Below, piece after piece: positions 36,434 to 47,299 of a stretch of 64,000 nt of DNA (its first letter is position 1; every line of letters starts with the position of its first letter). Source of the DNA: Cetorhinus maximus (lineage: Eukaryota); the NCBI RefSeq assembly GCF_964194155.1, contig NC_135900.1:43276001-43340000 (forward strand), in the 5' to 3' direction. A model generated the notes under the pieces. It did not search any database and was not told the DNA's origin. It was given only the letters and a program-made list of their open reading frames with translations. The translations under genes were made by a program, and so were the position numbers.

Positions 36434-38181
36434 GCCCCAACAATCCCCATCCACCACTACTCTCCTCCGTCTGGCTGAACTTGTTCTCACACTGAACAAT
36501 TTCTCCTTTAACTCCTCTCACTTCCTCCAAATAAAAGGTGTGGCTATGGGTACCCGCATGGGCCCCAGCTATGCCTGTCACTTTATGGGGTATGTGGAAC
36601 ATTCCTTGTTCCAGTCCTACTCCGGCCCCCTCCCACAACTCTTTCTCCGGTACATCGATGATTACTTCGGTGCTGCTTCATGCTCTCGTCGGGACCTGGA
36701 AAAATTTATTAATTTTGCTTCCAATCTCCACCCCTCCATAATCTTCACATGGTCCATCTCTGACACTTCTCTTCCCTTCCTTGACCTCTCTGTCTCAATT
36801 TCTGATGATAGACTGTCCACCAATATCCGTTACAAGCCTACCGACTCCCACAGCTACCTCGACTACAGCTCCTCACATCCCGCTTCCTGTAAAGACTCCA
36901 TCCCATTCTCTCAGTTCCTTCGCCTCCGTCGCATCTGTTCTGATGACGCAACCTTCAAAAACAGCTCCTCTGACATGTCCTCCTTCTTCCTTAACCGAGG
37001 TTTTCCATCCACGGTCGTTGACAGGGCCCTCAACCGTGTCCGGCCCATATTCCGCGCATCCTCCCTCACACCTTCTCCTCCTTCCCAGAAACATGATAGG
37101 GTCCCCCTTGTCCTCACTTATCACCCCACCAGCCTCCGCATTCAAAGGATCATCCTCCGCCATTTCCGCCAACTCCAGCATGATGCCACCACCAAACACA
37201 TCTTCCCTTCACCCCCCTTGACGGCATTCCGTAGGGATCGTTCCCTCCGGGACACCCTGGTTCACTCCTCCATCACCCCCTTCTCCTCAACCCCCACTTA
37301 TGGCACCTCCCCATGCCCACGCAGAAGATGCAACACCTGCCCCTTCACTTCCTCTCTCCTCACCGTCCAAGGGCCCAAACACTCCTTTCAAGTGAAGCAG
37401 CATTTCACTTGCATTTCTCCTAACTTAGTCTACTGCATTCGTTGCTCCCAATGCGGTCTCCTCTACATTGGAGAGACCAAACGCAAACTGGGCGACCGTT
37501 TTGCGGAACACCTGCGGTCTGTCCGCAAGAAAGACCCAAACCTCCCTGTCGCTTGCCATTTTAACACTCCACCCTGTTCTCTTGCCAACATGTCTGTCCT
37601 TGGCTTGCTGCATTGTTCCAGTGAAGCCCAACGCAAACTGGAGGAACAGCACCTCATCTTCCGACTAGGCACTTTACAGCCCTCTGGGCTGAATATTGAA
37701 TTCAACAACTTTAGATCTTAAACTCCCCTTCCCCCCATCCCCACCCCGTTTCTTTTCCCCCCCCACCCGCTTTTTTTTCAATAATTTATATAGATTCTTC
37801 TTTCCCCACCTATTTCCATTATTTTTAAATCTAAAACTAAAACCTTTAGTCTTTCCACCCCACCCCCACTAGAGCTGTACTTTGAATATCCTGTTTTCCA
37901 TTCTTAATTAGCACTTTTCTCAAAGACCACCACCTTCAACACCTCTTTGACTCTTTTGTCTGTGACATCTTTTGATTATCTGCTCACACCACACCCTCAA
38001 TGAGTCTCTTCCCCCCCCCCCCCCCCCAACCCACCTTAAACCAATTTATATTTCTCCCTTGTTGAAACTATGCTGCAGTTCTGCCGAAGGGCCATGAAGG
38101 CTCGAAACGTTAACTGATTTCTTCTCCGCCGATGCTGCCAGACTTGCTGAGTTTTTCCAGGTAATTCTGTTTTTGTTTTGT
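36434..38181 (+). mobile_element. Penelope-like element, 5'-truncated, open RT + GIY-YIG ORF (to 37721) and pseudo-LTR
   Basis: GVAMGTRMGPSYA, RYIDD, LPFLD, YIGETKR.L.DRF.EH; uninterrupted reading frame; TSD TAAGTGAAAAG at 36423-36433 and 38182-38192. Confidence 0.95.
38076..38116 (+). ncRNA. Minimal hammerhead ribozyme motif (PLE-associated), variant core
   Basis: CAGTT-CTGCCGA-A-GGGCC(ATGAA)GGCTC-GAAAC-GTT-AACTG. Confidence 0.6.
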
Positions 38182-39007
38182 TAAGTGAAAAGAACCTAAT
38201 TCTGAATTTGTAAGGTGAAAATGCTTTGTCTGGTGTTTGGTTAAGTTTATGGGTTGCTGTTGTCTCAATGGAGACTAGTCTGGGAATTTGTTGAAAGTTA
38301 TGATAGTAATGCGTAGCCATGTGCATATATATTTTAACCTGTGTAAATTAATAAAATGTTTCATTTAATTTAATGTAAAACTTCGAACTGGTGGTCTGAT
38401 TCTTGAGTTAACATTGATTATGACAGTTGTTTAAAGTTTCCCTCTGGGTTTTTTAAATAACTCGGCTTTACCAACTGTATCGGTCATAACAGAGCTGAAC
38501 ATTATGGAATCGTTCCATCTCATCCCCACTTATGATCTTAAGGAGTCAATGTTTTGAAGATGGTTGGGTTAAGGTCATTGGACTGAGAAACTCCTGCAGT
38601 GATGTATTGAAGTATTAATTTGCTTTCAACTGTAAAAATCTGTGTGTCTAATATCATTCCAGTCATTGGGGGGTTTTTACCATGACCTTGGAAGCAATTG
38701 GAAATAAACTTGTCTGCGTTTCCCCTCTTGGCAGTCAAAAGTTTTTGCTGAACTGATTCCAAGCACAGTCAGGAAAAAAGCTTTAAAATCCTAACCATCA
38801 TCATTGATCTTCGCCTTGAAAACCACAATAGTTTGTAGGCTCCTGGAACACCTTGGATGGCAAATTGGAAGCTGCTATTGCTCAAAGATAAAATCTTGAT
38901 TTTTATAATGTGAATAACTTTTTTGGAATATTGCGCATATTCATTTGCTTTTGAAGCAAGAACATTTAATGATGACTACTGATGAAAGCAGTTAGTGGTT
39001 TCCTGAC

Positions 39008-39195
39008 AGGGGTGCTGTCTTTTTGATGAGATGCCACAATGAGTGCCTGCATATCTCTTTAAATTGATAAAAAGTAACCCAAGGCACTAAAGTTAAAGAA
39101 GAGCAGGGAGTCCTTAGCCAACTTATACCTCAAACACCACCACCTACTTAAATTGACTGGTTATTTACCTCATTGTGGTTTGTGGGACTTGCTAC
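39008..39195 (+). mobile_element. DeuSINE fragment
   Basis: GGTGCTGTCTTT.GATGAGA...GAAGAGCAGGGAG...CTGGTTATTT.CCTCATTG..GTTTGTGGGA. Confidence 0.6.
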
Positions 39196-39831
39196 ATAAT
39201 TTCATTTAAGAAGAAAAGAGAATTTTATTCACGAAGAGAATTGTTTAAGATGTGAAAGATGCAATACCAATAAATGTTCTCTCTTTTCTCCCCCCCCCCA
39301 AATGGGATACTGGAATGAAAGAAGGAAAATAAGAGTGTCTTCCAAAATATTGGAGATTACCATTTTTCTGTGAAATGTCACTGGATACTCAGGATAGAAA
39401 TTGTTCACACTTTCCAGTGACTCAGCCCTTAATTAATACATGATTTAAGAATTAATATCCCTCCTTCTGCCATGTTTAGAACTCCCTTTATTGGCTGAAA
39501 AGGAACTGACTGTGATCTTCTTTGTAACTGTGACAGAGATGACCATTTGTTGTTTTTGCTCTCTCTCTCTCCATTCTCTCTGGGTGTTTCCTGACCTTCC
39601 ATTTGGTACCATTCTACAGTGACGACCAATTTGAGGGAACTGAGCATGTCAGTTCTTATCAAAAGTATCTCAATATGTATGCCAAAAAATTTATGAACCT
39701 GCCCTCCAGTTAAATTTGATCCTTTGTTGAGTATAATACAGTAATTTTAGTCTGTCTTTCTTCTCTCTAGCTCCTCTTGCACCTGCAGAAATATCAACAG
39801 CAGTTGACAACTTCATGCTGAATCAGCTGCC

Positions 39832-39953
39832 ATGAAACTGCGTGTGCGAGTTCAAAGACAGAGAGGCTGGGTGGAGTTGGAGCAGAATGAGCCTACGCTC
39901 GCTGACCTGCGCAGTAAGATTACTGGCACTCTTCTGCCATCCTTGGGATACAA
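39832..39953 (+). CDS. FBXO7: FBXO7 first coding exon (MKLRVRVQRQRGWVELEQNEPTLADLRSKITGTLLPSLGY), Ubl domain start; exon probably begins at 39771
   Basis: Kozak GCTGCCATG; 122 coding nt; donor AA|GTAGGT; similar to human MRLRVRLL...EPTL..LRS...GY as recalled; acceptor CTCTCTAG at 39770. Confidence 0.88.
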
Positions 39954-40829
39954 GTAGGTGAAGTAATGTAAAGTCACTGCTTCTATGGTTAACTAGCTTG
40001 TTTGTGCTGCTAATATGGTTTAAAATGGAATATGTCTTTAGTTTATGATGTTAAATGTGTCATGTTGCCAACTGAAAAGCCTTTTTAATACTCACATGGC
40101 AAATTATCAACATTCGACGTTGTAATTAGCCTTATCAGTGAGTGAGCATGGTGTGAGTTCGACATACACAGAAATACAAAGAACCTACAACATAGAATAA
40201 AAATAAGAAAATAGCATGGATGTTGAAACGGATGGTCCTGCTTAACCATCCTTGCTGATTTGTTTGAAGAAATAACAGGAAGACTAAAGAAGGATAATAA
40301 AGTGTCTGTGTAATGCATATAGATTAGGTCTCACATAAGAGACTTGTCAGAAGGTCAGGGCACCTGGAGAATGTCTCAAAACAGAAAGTGGGAAGTGTTG
40401 TCCTTTAGATGTGTCCTGGGATCATGTGGTTGCCGTATGCATGTATGATTTGGACTCAAGAAATTGCAGGTATTTGATCAAGCTTTTGTTCACCTCTAAT
40501 TTCTCCTCTGTTTCAGCATCCAGTTTTTTTTCCTTGCACCTCTCTGAACACAACTCATGATGTTTTTCTGAATTAAAGATAATAAATAAATTACAGATAT
40601 AATATTGGAATTCTGATTTCACAGCAATTGAGCAAGAGTTTTGAAAGATTTGATAACATCTTTTAAATTAGCCATGTTCTTCATTAAAGTAGTTTGTTTA
40701 ATGGAATCTTTATGAACATTGTTATTTGTAAGATCTTTGGATAATTCTACGTTGCATTTGCTGAATACTGTTAAAGCCCACAAAAATCACGTTGTAATTT
40801 TTCATGATTGTGGCCACAGTAAACATTAA

Positions 40830-41401
40830 GGGCAGACTCTTGTGTCCTCCCCTGTGCTGAGTTTGGTGGAGGGGGAGCACTTAATAGGATGGAAGTCCAG
40901 GGCAGGAAGGCCTGTGGCCTATGGGTGACCTTCCTGTCCCATTGCCAATTGAGGTCCTTAAGTGGGCAATTTATAAGCTGGTGGGATGCTCGCCATGTGG
41001 GAACATGAAAGCAAACCCATTCAATGCCTGATTGAGGGACCTGGCATCAGGAAGGCAAAGCCCCCACCCCACTTCCCTTTCTGCTGACCCCTGCCCTCCC
41101 CTTGTGACCTCCGCCCCACCATTATTCATCTGTGCTTGGATCCCTCCTCGCTTTGAGTGGGTGTCATCCTGGGGACGCTGATGAGTGCAGAAGAGCTGCT
41201 GGCCTATGATTGGCCAGTAATAAGTACAGAAGAGTTGCTGGTCTACGATTGGCCGGCAGCTCTTGACAGGTGGAACTTCTGCCCCAGAGCCCTTGACCCT
41301 GGGGTAAAAAGCCACCACTGGCCCGTTAAGTGCATGAGTGGCACAAGATACAGCAGACCTTTCTGAAAAGAGACCCCTGTCACCTCCACAAGAGTCTGCC
41401 C
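40830..41401. mobile_element. MITE, PIF/Harbinger type
   Basis: Perfect 15-bp TIR GGGCAGACTCTTGTG / CACAAGAGTCTGCCC; flanks TAA / CAA (3-bp TSD, one mismatch); internal ~39-bp tandem duplication at ~41182-41258. Confidence 0.85.
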
Positions 41402-41619
41402 CAAAATTGAACTCCAGATCCTTGTCTCTGCTTGATCATGGAAATTTGCTAGTCTGTAAGAAAAGTTATGAAAATTATTTTGCCCTGTTCTGATGTGATT
41501 GCACTGGATCATTCAGGCCAAATGTATTTTGCAAGATCCCATGTCTCTTGACCTTTCATTTTAATTGTGATGTATTATTGGGGAAATAAAGATCCTCTAT
41601 TCAACAAAAGCGAAATGAT

Positions 41620-42035
41620 TTTTTAAAATTCCTCAATGGGTTGTGGGTGTTGCTGGCAAGGCCAGTGAGTGTTGCTGGCAAGGCCAGCATTTGTTGCCCA
41701 TCCCTAATTGCCCTTGAACTGAGTGGCTTGTGAGGCCATTTCCGAGAACAGTTAAGAGTCAACAACATTGCTGTGGATCTGGAGTCACATGTAGCTCAGA
41801 CCGGGTAAGGATTTCTTTCTCCAGAGGACATTAGTGAACTAGATACTAGATGGACTCTAGCAACAATCAATGAAATTTGATTATGATAACCATTACTGAG
41901 ACTAGCTTTATATTCCAGATTTTTTATTAATTGAAATCAAATTCCACCATGGCAGCTGGTGGGATTTGAACCCATGTCCTCAGAACATTAGCCTGGGCCT
42001 CTGGGCTATTAGTCCAACGACATTAGCACCATGCC
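41620..42035 (-). mobile_element. SINE-like head+tail derivative of the tRNA-headed LINE
   Basis: 41625-41717 matches the LINE tail 5405-5477; 41717-42035 matches the LINE 5' end 6960-7245, including the B box (gggatttgaacc). Confidence 0.8.
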
Positions 42036-42719
42036 TCTGTTACTGTATTAGCAGAGTACTTTTAAACATGCTTGGCGTTTTTGATTTTGTCTCTAAATCT
42101 CCTTAGGACGATTTTCTATTTGTACCTATAAATGAGAGTTATTAAATTAATCTAAAATTGTGATTTTGTGTACTCATCATTTTGGCTGATAGCTATTTCC
42201 TTCAAATGGCTAGAGCATATAGATGTTTTCAGCCTGCGACAGATCATCTCTGAGTAAATGCTGAAATAGGGTCAGGGAACACTCCGCTTAAACCAGCTTA
42301 CATCAGGATTGGCAATATTTCTCCTGTCCAGGGTTGATGGCAGCAGTCTTTAAATTAGTTTGTGTGAATTTAGGTGCCACATTTCCAATATTTTGATATT
42401 TGATGTAATTCTTCATTGCAAAATTGGGGAAAAAATAAAGATGTGCAACATTTAAACGGGCAGTGCAAAGGAAAGGGGGAAGTAAGCAAAAACATGAGAG
42501 ATGTATGCATAGTATAATTTGTAAAGTGCATAAAAAGAAAACGGCAGCTTGCAGTGATATTAATGAGCAAATCATAAAGCGAATTAAAGATTAGAACATG
42601 AGCAGCTGAAGGTGCAGCGATTGAGGTGAGATAGGTCTAAGAACAGAAACAGGAAAAGCTGGCAAAGTGGAACAGTTTGCCTTAGTGGGGGGTGGGGAGG
42701 GGAAAACATAAGGACTCCA

Positions 42720-45120
42720 GGGACTGAATTTTCAATTGTTGGTGGGGGCAGAAAGGGTTGTGGGCGCAATTTGAAATTGCGTTCCCAGAGTGCTGCTCTG
42801 GATCCTGCTGCCTCCGGAATGCAATGTGATTTTCATAGGGCAGGTGGGGGACAGGGAACCTCCAAGTGCTCTTTGAACTCATTGAGTTCATTAACAGGCC
42901 TCAGAGAAGCAGTTTCAAATTTTCAATCGGGAGGCACTGGGAACATGCAGTGCCTGGAGCATGTCGGGGAGCAGCTGGTGTGAATACAATGGGGGGACCC
43001 ATGAGGACTAACGGAGACACTGGTCAATACTTTTAAAAGATGGACAGTAATGCTCGGCTGCACAACTGAGGGCACAGTTGCCACCATTGGTGCTGGGAGG
43101 CTTGCACTTCTCAACAGTGAGAGGTTGGAATTCTGAGAGACATCAGGCTGCTAGCATTACTTGGGTAGAAGAGGTTGGCAGCGGAAGCCCTGTTGAACAA
43201 ACAAATGCCAGCTGAGGGAGTGGAAATAGGAACAGGTAACTATGACATTGACCAGAGTAGCAAAAAGGGGTTTCAGCAGAGAGAAGAGGCCAGAGAAGCT
43301 ACCAGCAAATGGCAGAGTGCCAGTGCTATAGGGAGGCTATGCCTATCCATGCAGATTGTTGGATGTGTGTTCTGGCCCACAATGACATGAGGCCTCGTGC
43401 ACCCTATGGCAATCCTCTATGGCATCAAGGTCATCATTGCCCTGAATTTTTATGCTCCTGGATTGTTCCAGGGATCTGTGAAGGACCTGGATGGCATCTT
43501 GCAGATGGCAGCTCATCATACCATCAGGGAGGTCATGGATGCCCTATTAATTTTGAGCCAGAGGGACCAGCGCAGGCATAGAGGACATTGGGCTTTGTCA
43601 CCCAGTTCCAGGGGATCATTGATTATACCCACATAGCCTTCAGGGCACCAACTGATCAGCCAGTCAGAACCCTGAACAGAAAAGGCTCCCACTCACTGAA
43701 TGTCCAGCTGATCTGTAACCACAAGAAGCACATCATACAGTGCTGCACTCTGTTCCCAGGCTACTGTTATGATTCATTCATCCTGTGAGAGTCTCTGGTG
43801 TCACACTTCTTCAGGCCAACATTCAGACGCGTGGGTGGCTGCTGGGGGGTGAGAATTATCCTCTGAAGGAGTGGCTCTTGACGCCTGCCTGATACCCAGA
43901 CACGGATGCAGAGAAGTGCCACAGCCAGAACCATCTACTAATATGAACCCACATTGGAATCTTGAAGATGCACTTCCATTGCCAAAACCAGTTGGATGGT
44001 GCCCTCCAGAACAAGCCAGCTGGGGGTCTCATTGTGGTGGTCTGCGTGTTGCACAATATGACAAGAAAAAGAACTGAAGCTGGATGAAGAGGACCACCTG
44101 GTACACCACTCTTCCAGAGGAGGATGAAGGGGACACTTTCTAGAGGAACCTAGTGCCCAGGCATTGGAGGAAGACTACTGAGGCTGTTCCAGGCCTCATG
44201 GTGATTAGCAGGCTGGCATAGCCACAAGGGCCATACTAATTCAGCAGCACTTAGCTTGAGCACCTCTGCAGATCAACTTCCATCAGATAAATTATCCAGT
44301 GCGCATGCACACTAGAATAATCCCATTGAGACCCAAAGGTAGAACGAATGGAGTCTCCATCACCACCATTTCCCACATTACATACCATCCAACAGCAGCA
44401 AGCCCAGGCCCTGCCCAACAACCCCCTCCCCCATTTCCCCCCTATTTAATTTCTCTCAACAAACTTTAAAAACACAAGTTTAATCAAAATTTATCATTTT
44501 TATAACCAGTTTAATCAATAGTGAGGAAAAACAGAAAACTTCACCCCAGTGACCCATCAAGTGTAACTTGCAGTGAGGCACCTTGCACTCATGCACACTC
44601 CTACGAGGTGCTCCCACTGTGGCTGAGGGTGAGGTGGAGGCAGCCTGCTTCACCGTATCTGGCTAAAACACCTGTGACTTCCATTCTCACCATGGAGGTG
44701 CCCGCGGGGGCTTCTCCACAGGCTGCTGAGCCTGTGTTGTTGCAGTCTTTGACACAGGGTCCTGAGTTGCAGTAGCTAAGGAGGCAAGGAATGATGTTTG
44801 TGCCCTGTGAAGCGTGGCACTTTCATCAGCCTCTTCAACTCACTCAGCTCTTTCGGAGCACTCCTGCATACTGTATGGGACCATTGGCTGGGGATGTAGC
44901 TGGCATCCAGTCCAAACATCTTTGCGCCATTAACAATGAGTGTTTCATTCTATGGGGAACCTCGCTCTTTCTGTGCATGTCCGCATGTTGTTGCATATGG
45001 CTTTCCAAGAGGATGGCTGTTCTTTCAATGGAGCTCAAATCCTTGAGCCATGACGGGGCACATGTGCTGCATGAACTCCTTCATTGACTGCCCCTGGCTC
45101 TGCAACGCCTCAATGCCAAG
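42720..45120 (+). mobile_element. Degenerate PIF/Harbinger transposon (DDE transposase on plus ~43330-44260; possible second gene on minus ~44520-45100)
   Basis: ALNFYA.GLFQ...D..GI.Q..AH..IREV.DAL; GIIDYTHI..RAP...NRKG.HSLNVQLIC...FPG.CYDS (HARBI1-like DDE motifs). Confidence 0.8.
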
Positions 45121-45189
45121 AGTGCTACCACTGAGCTAATGCTGACACCTAACCTGTTTGGCCTTCCAAATGTGGAGGAACAATGAGCA

Positions 45190-46365
45190 GACGCAGTATA
45201 CTAAGTTGGAAAAACATGTAAATTGCGTTCTCACGTGGAAGGAATGTTTGGGGCCCCGGACAGTGGTATAATAGGAAATGAATAGGCAAATGTGGTGTTT
45301 TTAGAGCTTGAATAAAAAACGTGCCAGGGAAAGGCTATGACTGTTGTAGGTGGTAGAAGCGCGAACTGGGGCATTTTGGAAGGAACTATCCTTTCAGAAA
45401 ATGGGGAGGAGAGAATATGTTTTGTGAAGGGATAGCGTGTAGGAAGAGGGGAAATGTGGTGGAGGTGCTGGTTGACTGCCATGGAAGAGGGGAGTGCATT
45501 ATAATAGTGAGGGAGTAGAAATGAGAGCATAAAGAAATTGGACAGACCTGGTTGAAGGTCTTGTCCACCATGGTAGAGGGGAATCCTTGCCTCAGGACAC
45601 AAAGGAGGGCATCTCCAAATCTCTGAAAAGAACAGATGCAAAAAAGGAAGAAAAAAAACTAGGTGATAAGAATGGAGTTCTTACAGAAAACAGGGTTGGA
45701 AGAAGTATAAAGTGTCCCATTGCTTGGGACAGGGGAAGGGAAAAGAGCATGAGAGAGAGATTTCAGGAAGGTAAAAGAGGTCAACGGTGGTTCATGTCAC
45801 ATTGAAGGATGGCTGGAAATATGAAGCATAATGAAAGAAATTTGTGGGAGTTGAAAGCAACACCACCATATTAGAGATCAGGGAGGGGTCCAGGGTAGGC
45901 CTGGAACAAAATGCTTAACAATGTCTCCAGAAAGGCCAGCATAACTGGGACCTATGTGGGTTGCTATATTTATGGCTTTTATCAGGAGAAAGCTAATAGA
46001 GTTAAAAACAAAATTGTTGATCTAGAATCTCAGCAAGATGAGGAAGGGTTGTGAATGGTAGTAGTTGAGTCACTATTCGAAGAAATGGAAAGCCCACAGC
46101 TGCCTTTTGGGGGGTGGGGTGGAATAGAGAGCTTCTGTGTGACAAAGACATGGTTTGGGCCAAAAAACAGAGGAGGGTATAAGAAGAATGCAGATATGAG
46201 ATTAGGGACTGGATGGATATGGAGGAAGGGAAATAGGATGAGAAGGTTCATTCGAAAGAACAGGAGTAACTTAAAATGGAAAAATCTGGGACACTCCTGT
46301 TTACGTATGGATGGAGGATTGAAGAGATGAGATTGGAGGCAGTGGAGGGGAGAAGTTCTCCAGAC
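45190..46365 (-). mobile_element. Old Penelope-like element fragment
   Basis: Reverse complement gives TV.GPKHSF.V...FTC..NLVYC and NNFVFNS-like segments matching the 36434 element. Confidence 0.7.
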
Positions 46366-47299
46366 CAGTGATTGCCAAACATTTTTGGGTGAAGGACCCC
46401 TTTTCAAATGTATTAATGATCATGGATCTTCCCACCCCACTCCCCAAATCTAATGTATAATACTATCTCCTGGCACATTTACATTTATAAACGTAAAGTT
46501 CAACAGTGCCCTACTAAAGGGACTTGAATGAAATTTTGCCAGATCTAAGCAATATAGTAAATATTGTGACAACTTTCATCTCCCTTTCAGCCGAAAGGTA
46601 TCCCTACAGCTTCAGCAGCTTTCCTGTTGAATTCTTAATCCCTTCCCCTCTACTGTTTACCAGCCTCTCTGCTCTAATGTTACTGCTGTGCTGCTTGGTG
46701 TGTGGCATTGTGCCATCAGGGCACTGGGAGTAACTTAGACCATGGTTTCAGTCCAGGCCCAGCTGATATACTCGGTGAATAGCCTTAATGTCATTCCAGG
46801 TCCCTGAACAAGGCATCTGTGGCAGCTGTTTCCTACCCTCCCACAGCCCCAGCCCTGTGTTTCCGTTACCGGTGTCTCTGGGGCCTATCATCTCTTCTGC
46901 TAGCATTCTGAGTCAGTCTGAGGGCCTGCTTATCTGGTTACGTGTTGTTTCTGGAGTGGTCTTGGCTCCAGTATCTACCTGTGAAAGTTCAGAAAGGGAA
47001 AAGAGGTCAGCAATGGGTCATGTTAAGTTGAGGGATGGGTGGAAATGGAAGCATGTTCATTAAATTCTCAAGATTGTTGCGAGAGTCTAAAGCTTGTGTC
47101 ACTGTGCAAATGCACCAGGACCTGGAACTGACATTGAATTCCCCAGTATTCGCACCCTTGGCTGAGCCACTCTAGCAGATGAAGGAAATCAAAATAACAG
47201 CATGTGCCTGACCCATGTCATTGCAGCAATGGGTCGTACTCACATTATTTCATGAACCCGAGAAAGCCTCTACTGATTCTAGTCTCAGAGCCACTGAAA

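Larger units (their letters stand above)
36004..38491 (+). mobile_element. Solo LTR (Gypsy, related to the 57921-58979 LTR) interrupted by a Penelope element
   Basis: Starts TGTGAATGGAT and ends GGTCATAACA like the LTR at 57921-58979; AATAAA ~38350; flanks GAAC/GAGC may be a 4-bp TSD with one mismatch. Confidence 0.6.

Noticed and set aside
36426-37721. 431-aa ORF as a host gene
   Set aside because: It is a 5'-truncated Penelope RT/GIY-YIG bounded by a TSD; the listed start lies within the target-site duplication.
43330-44260. Domesticated HARBI1 gene
   Set aside because: Multiple frameshifts and stops with no exon structure; a decayed transposase.
46366-46410. hAT-like TIR start (cagtgattgccaaacattttt)
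   Set aside because: No matching right end or 8-bp TSD was found.
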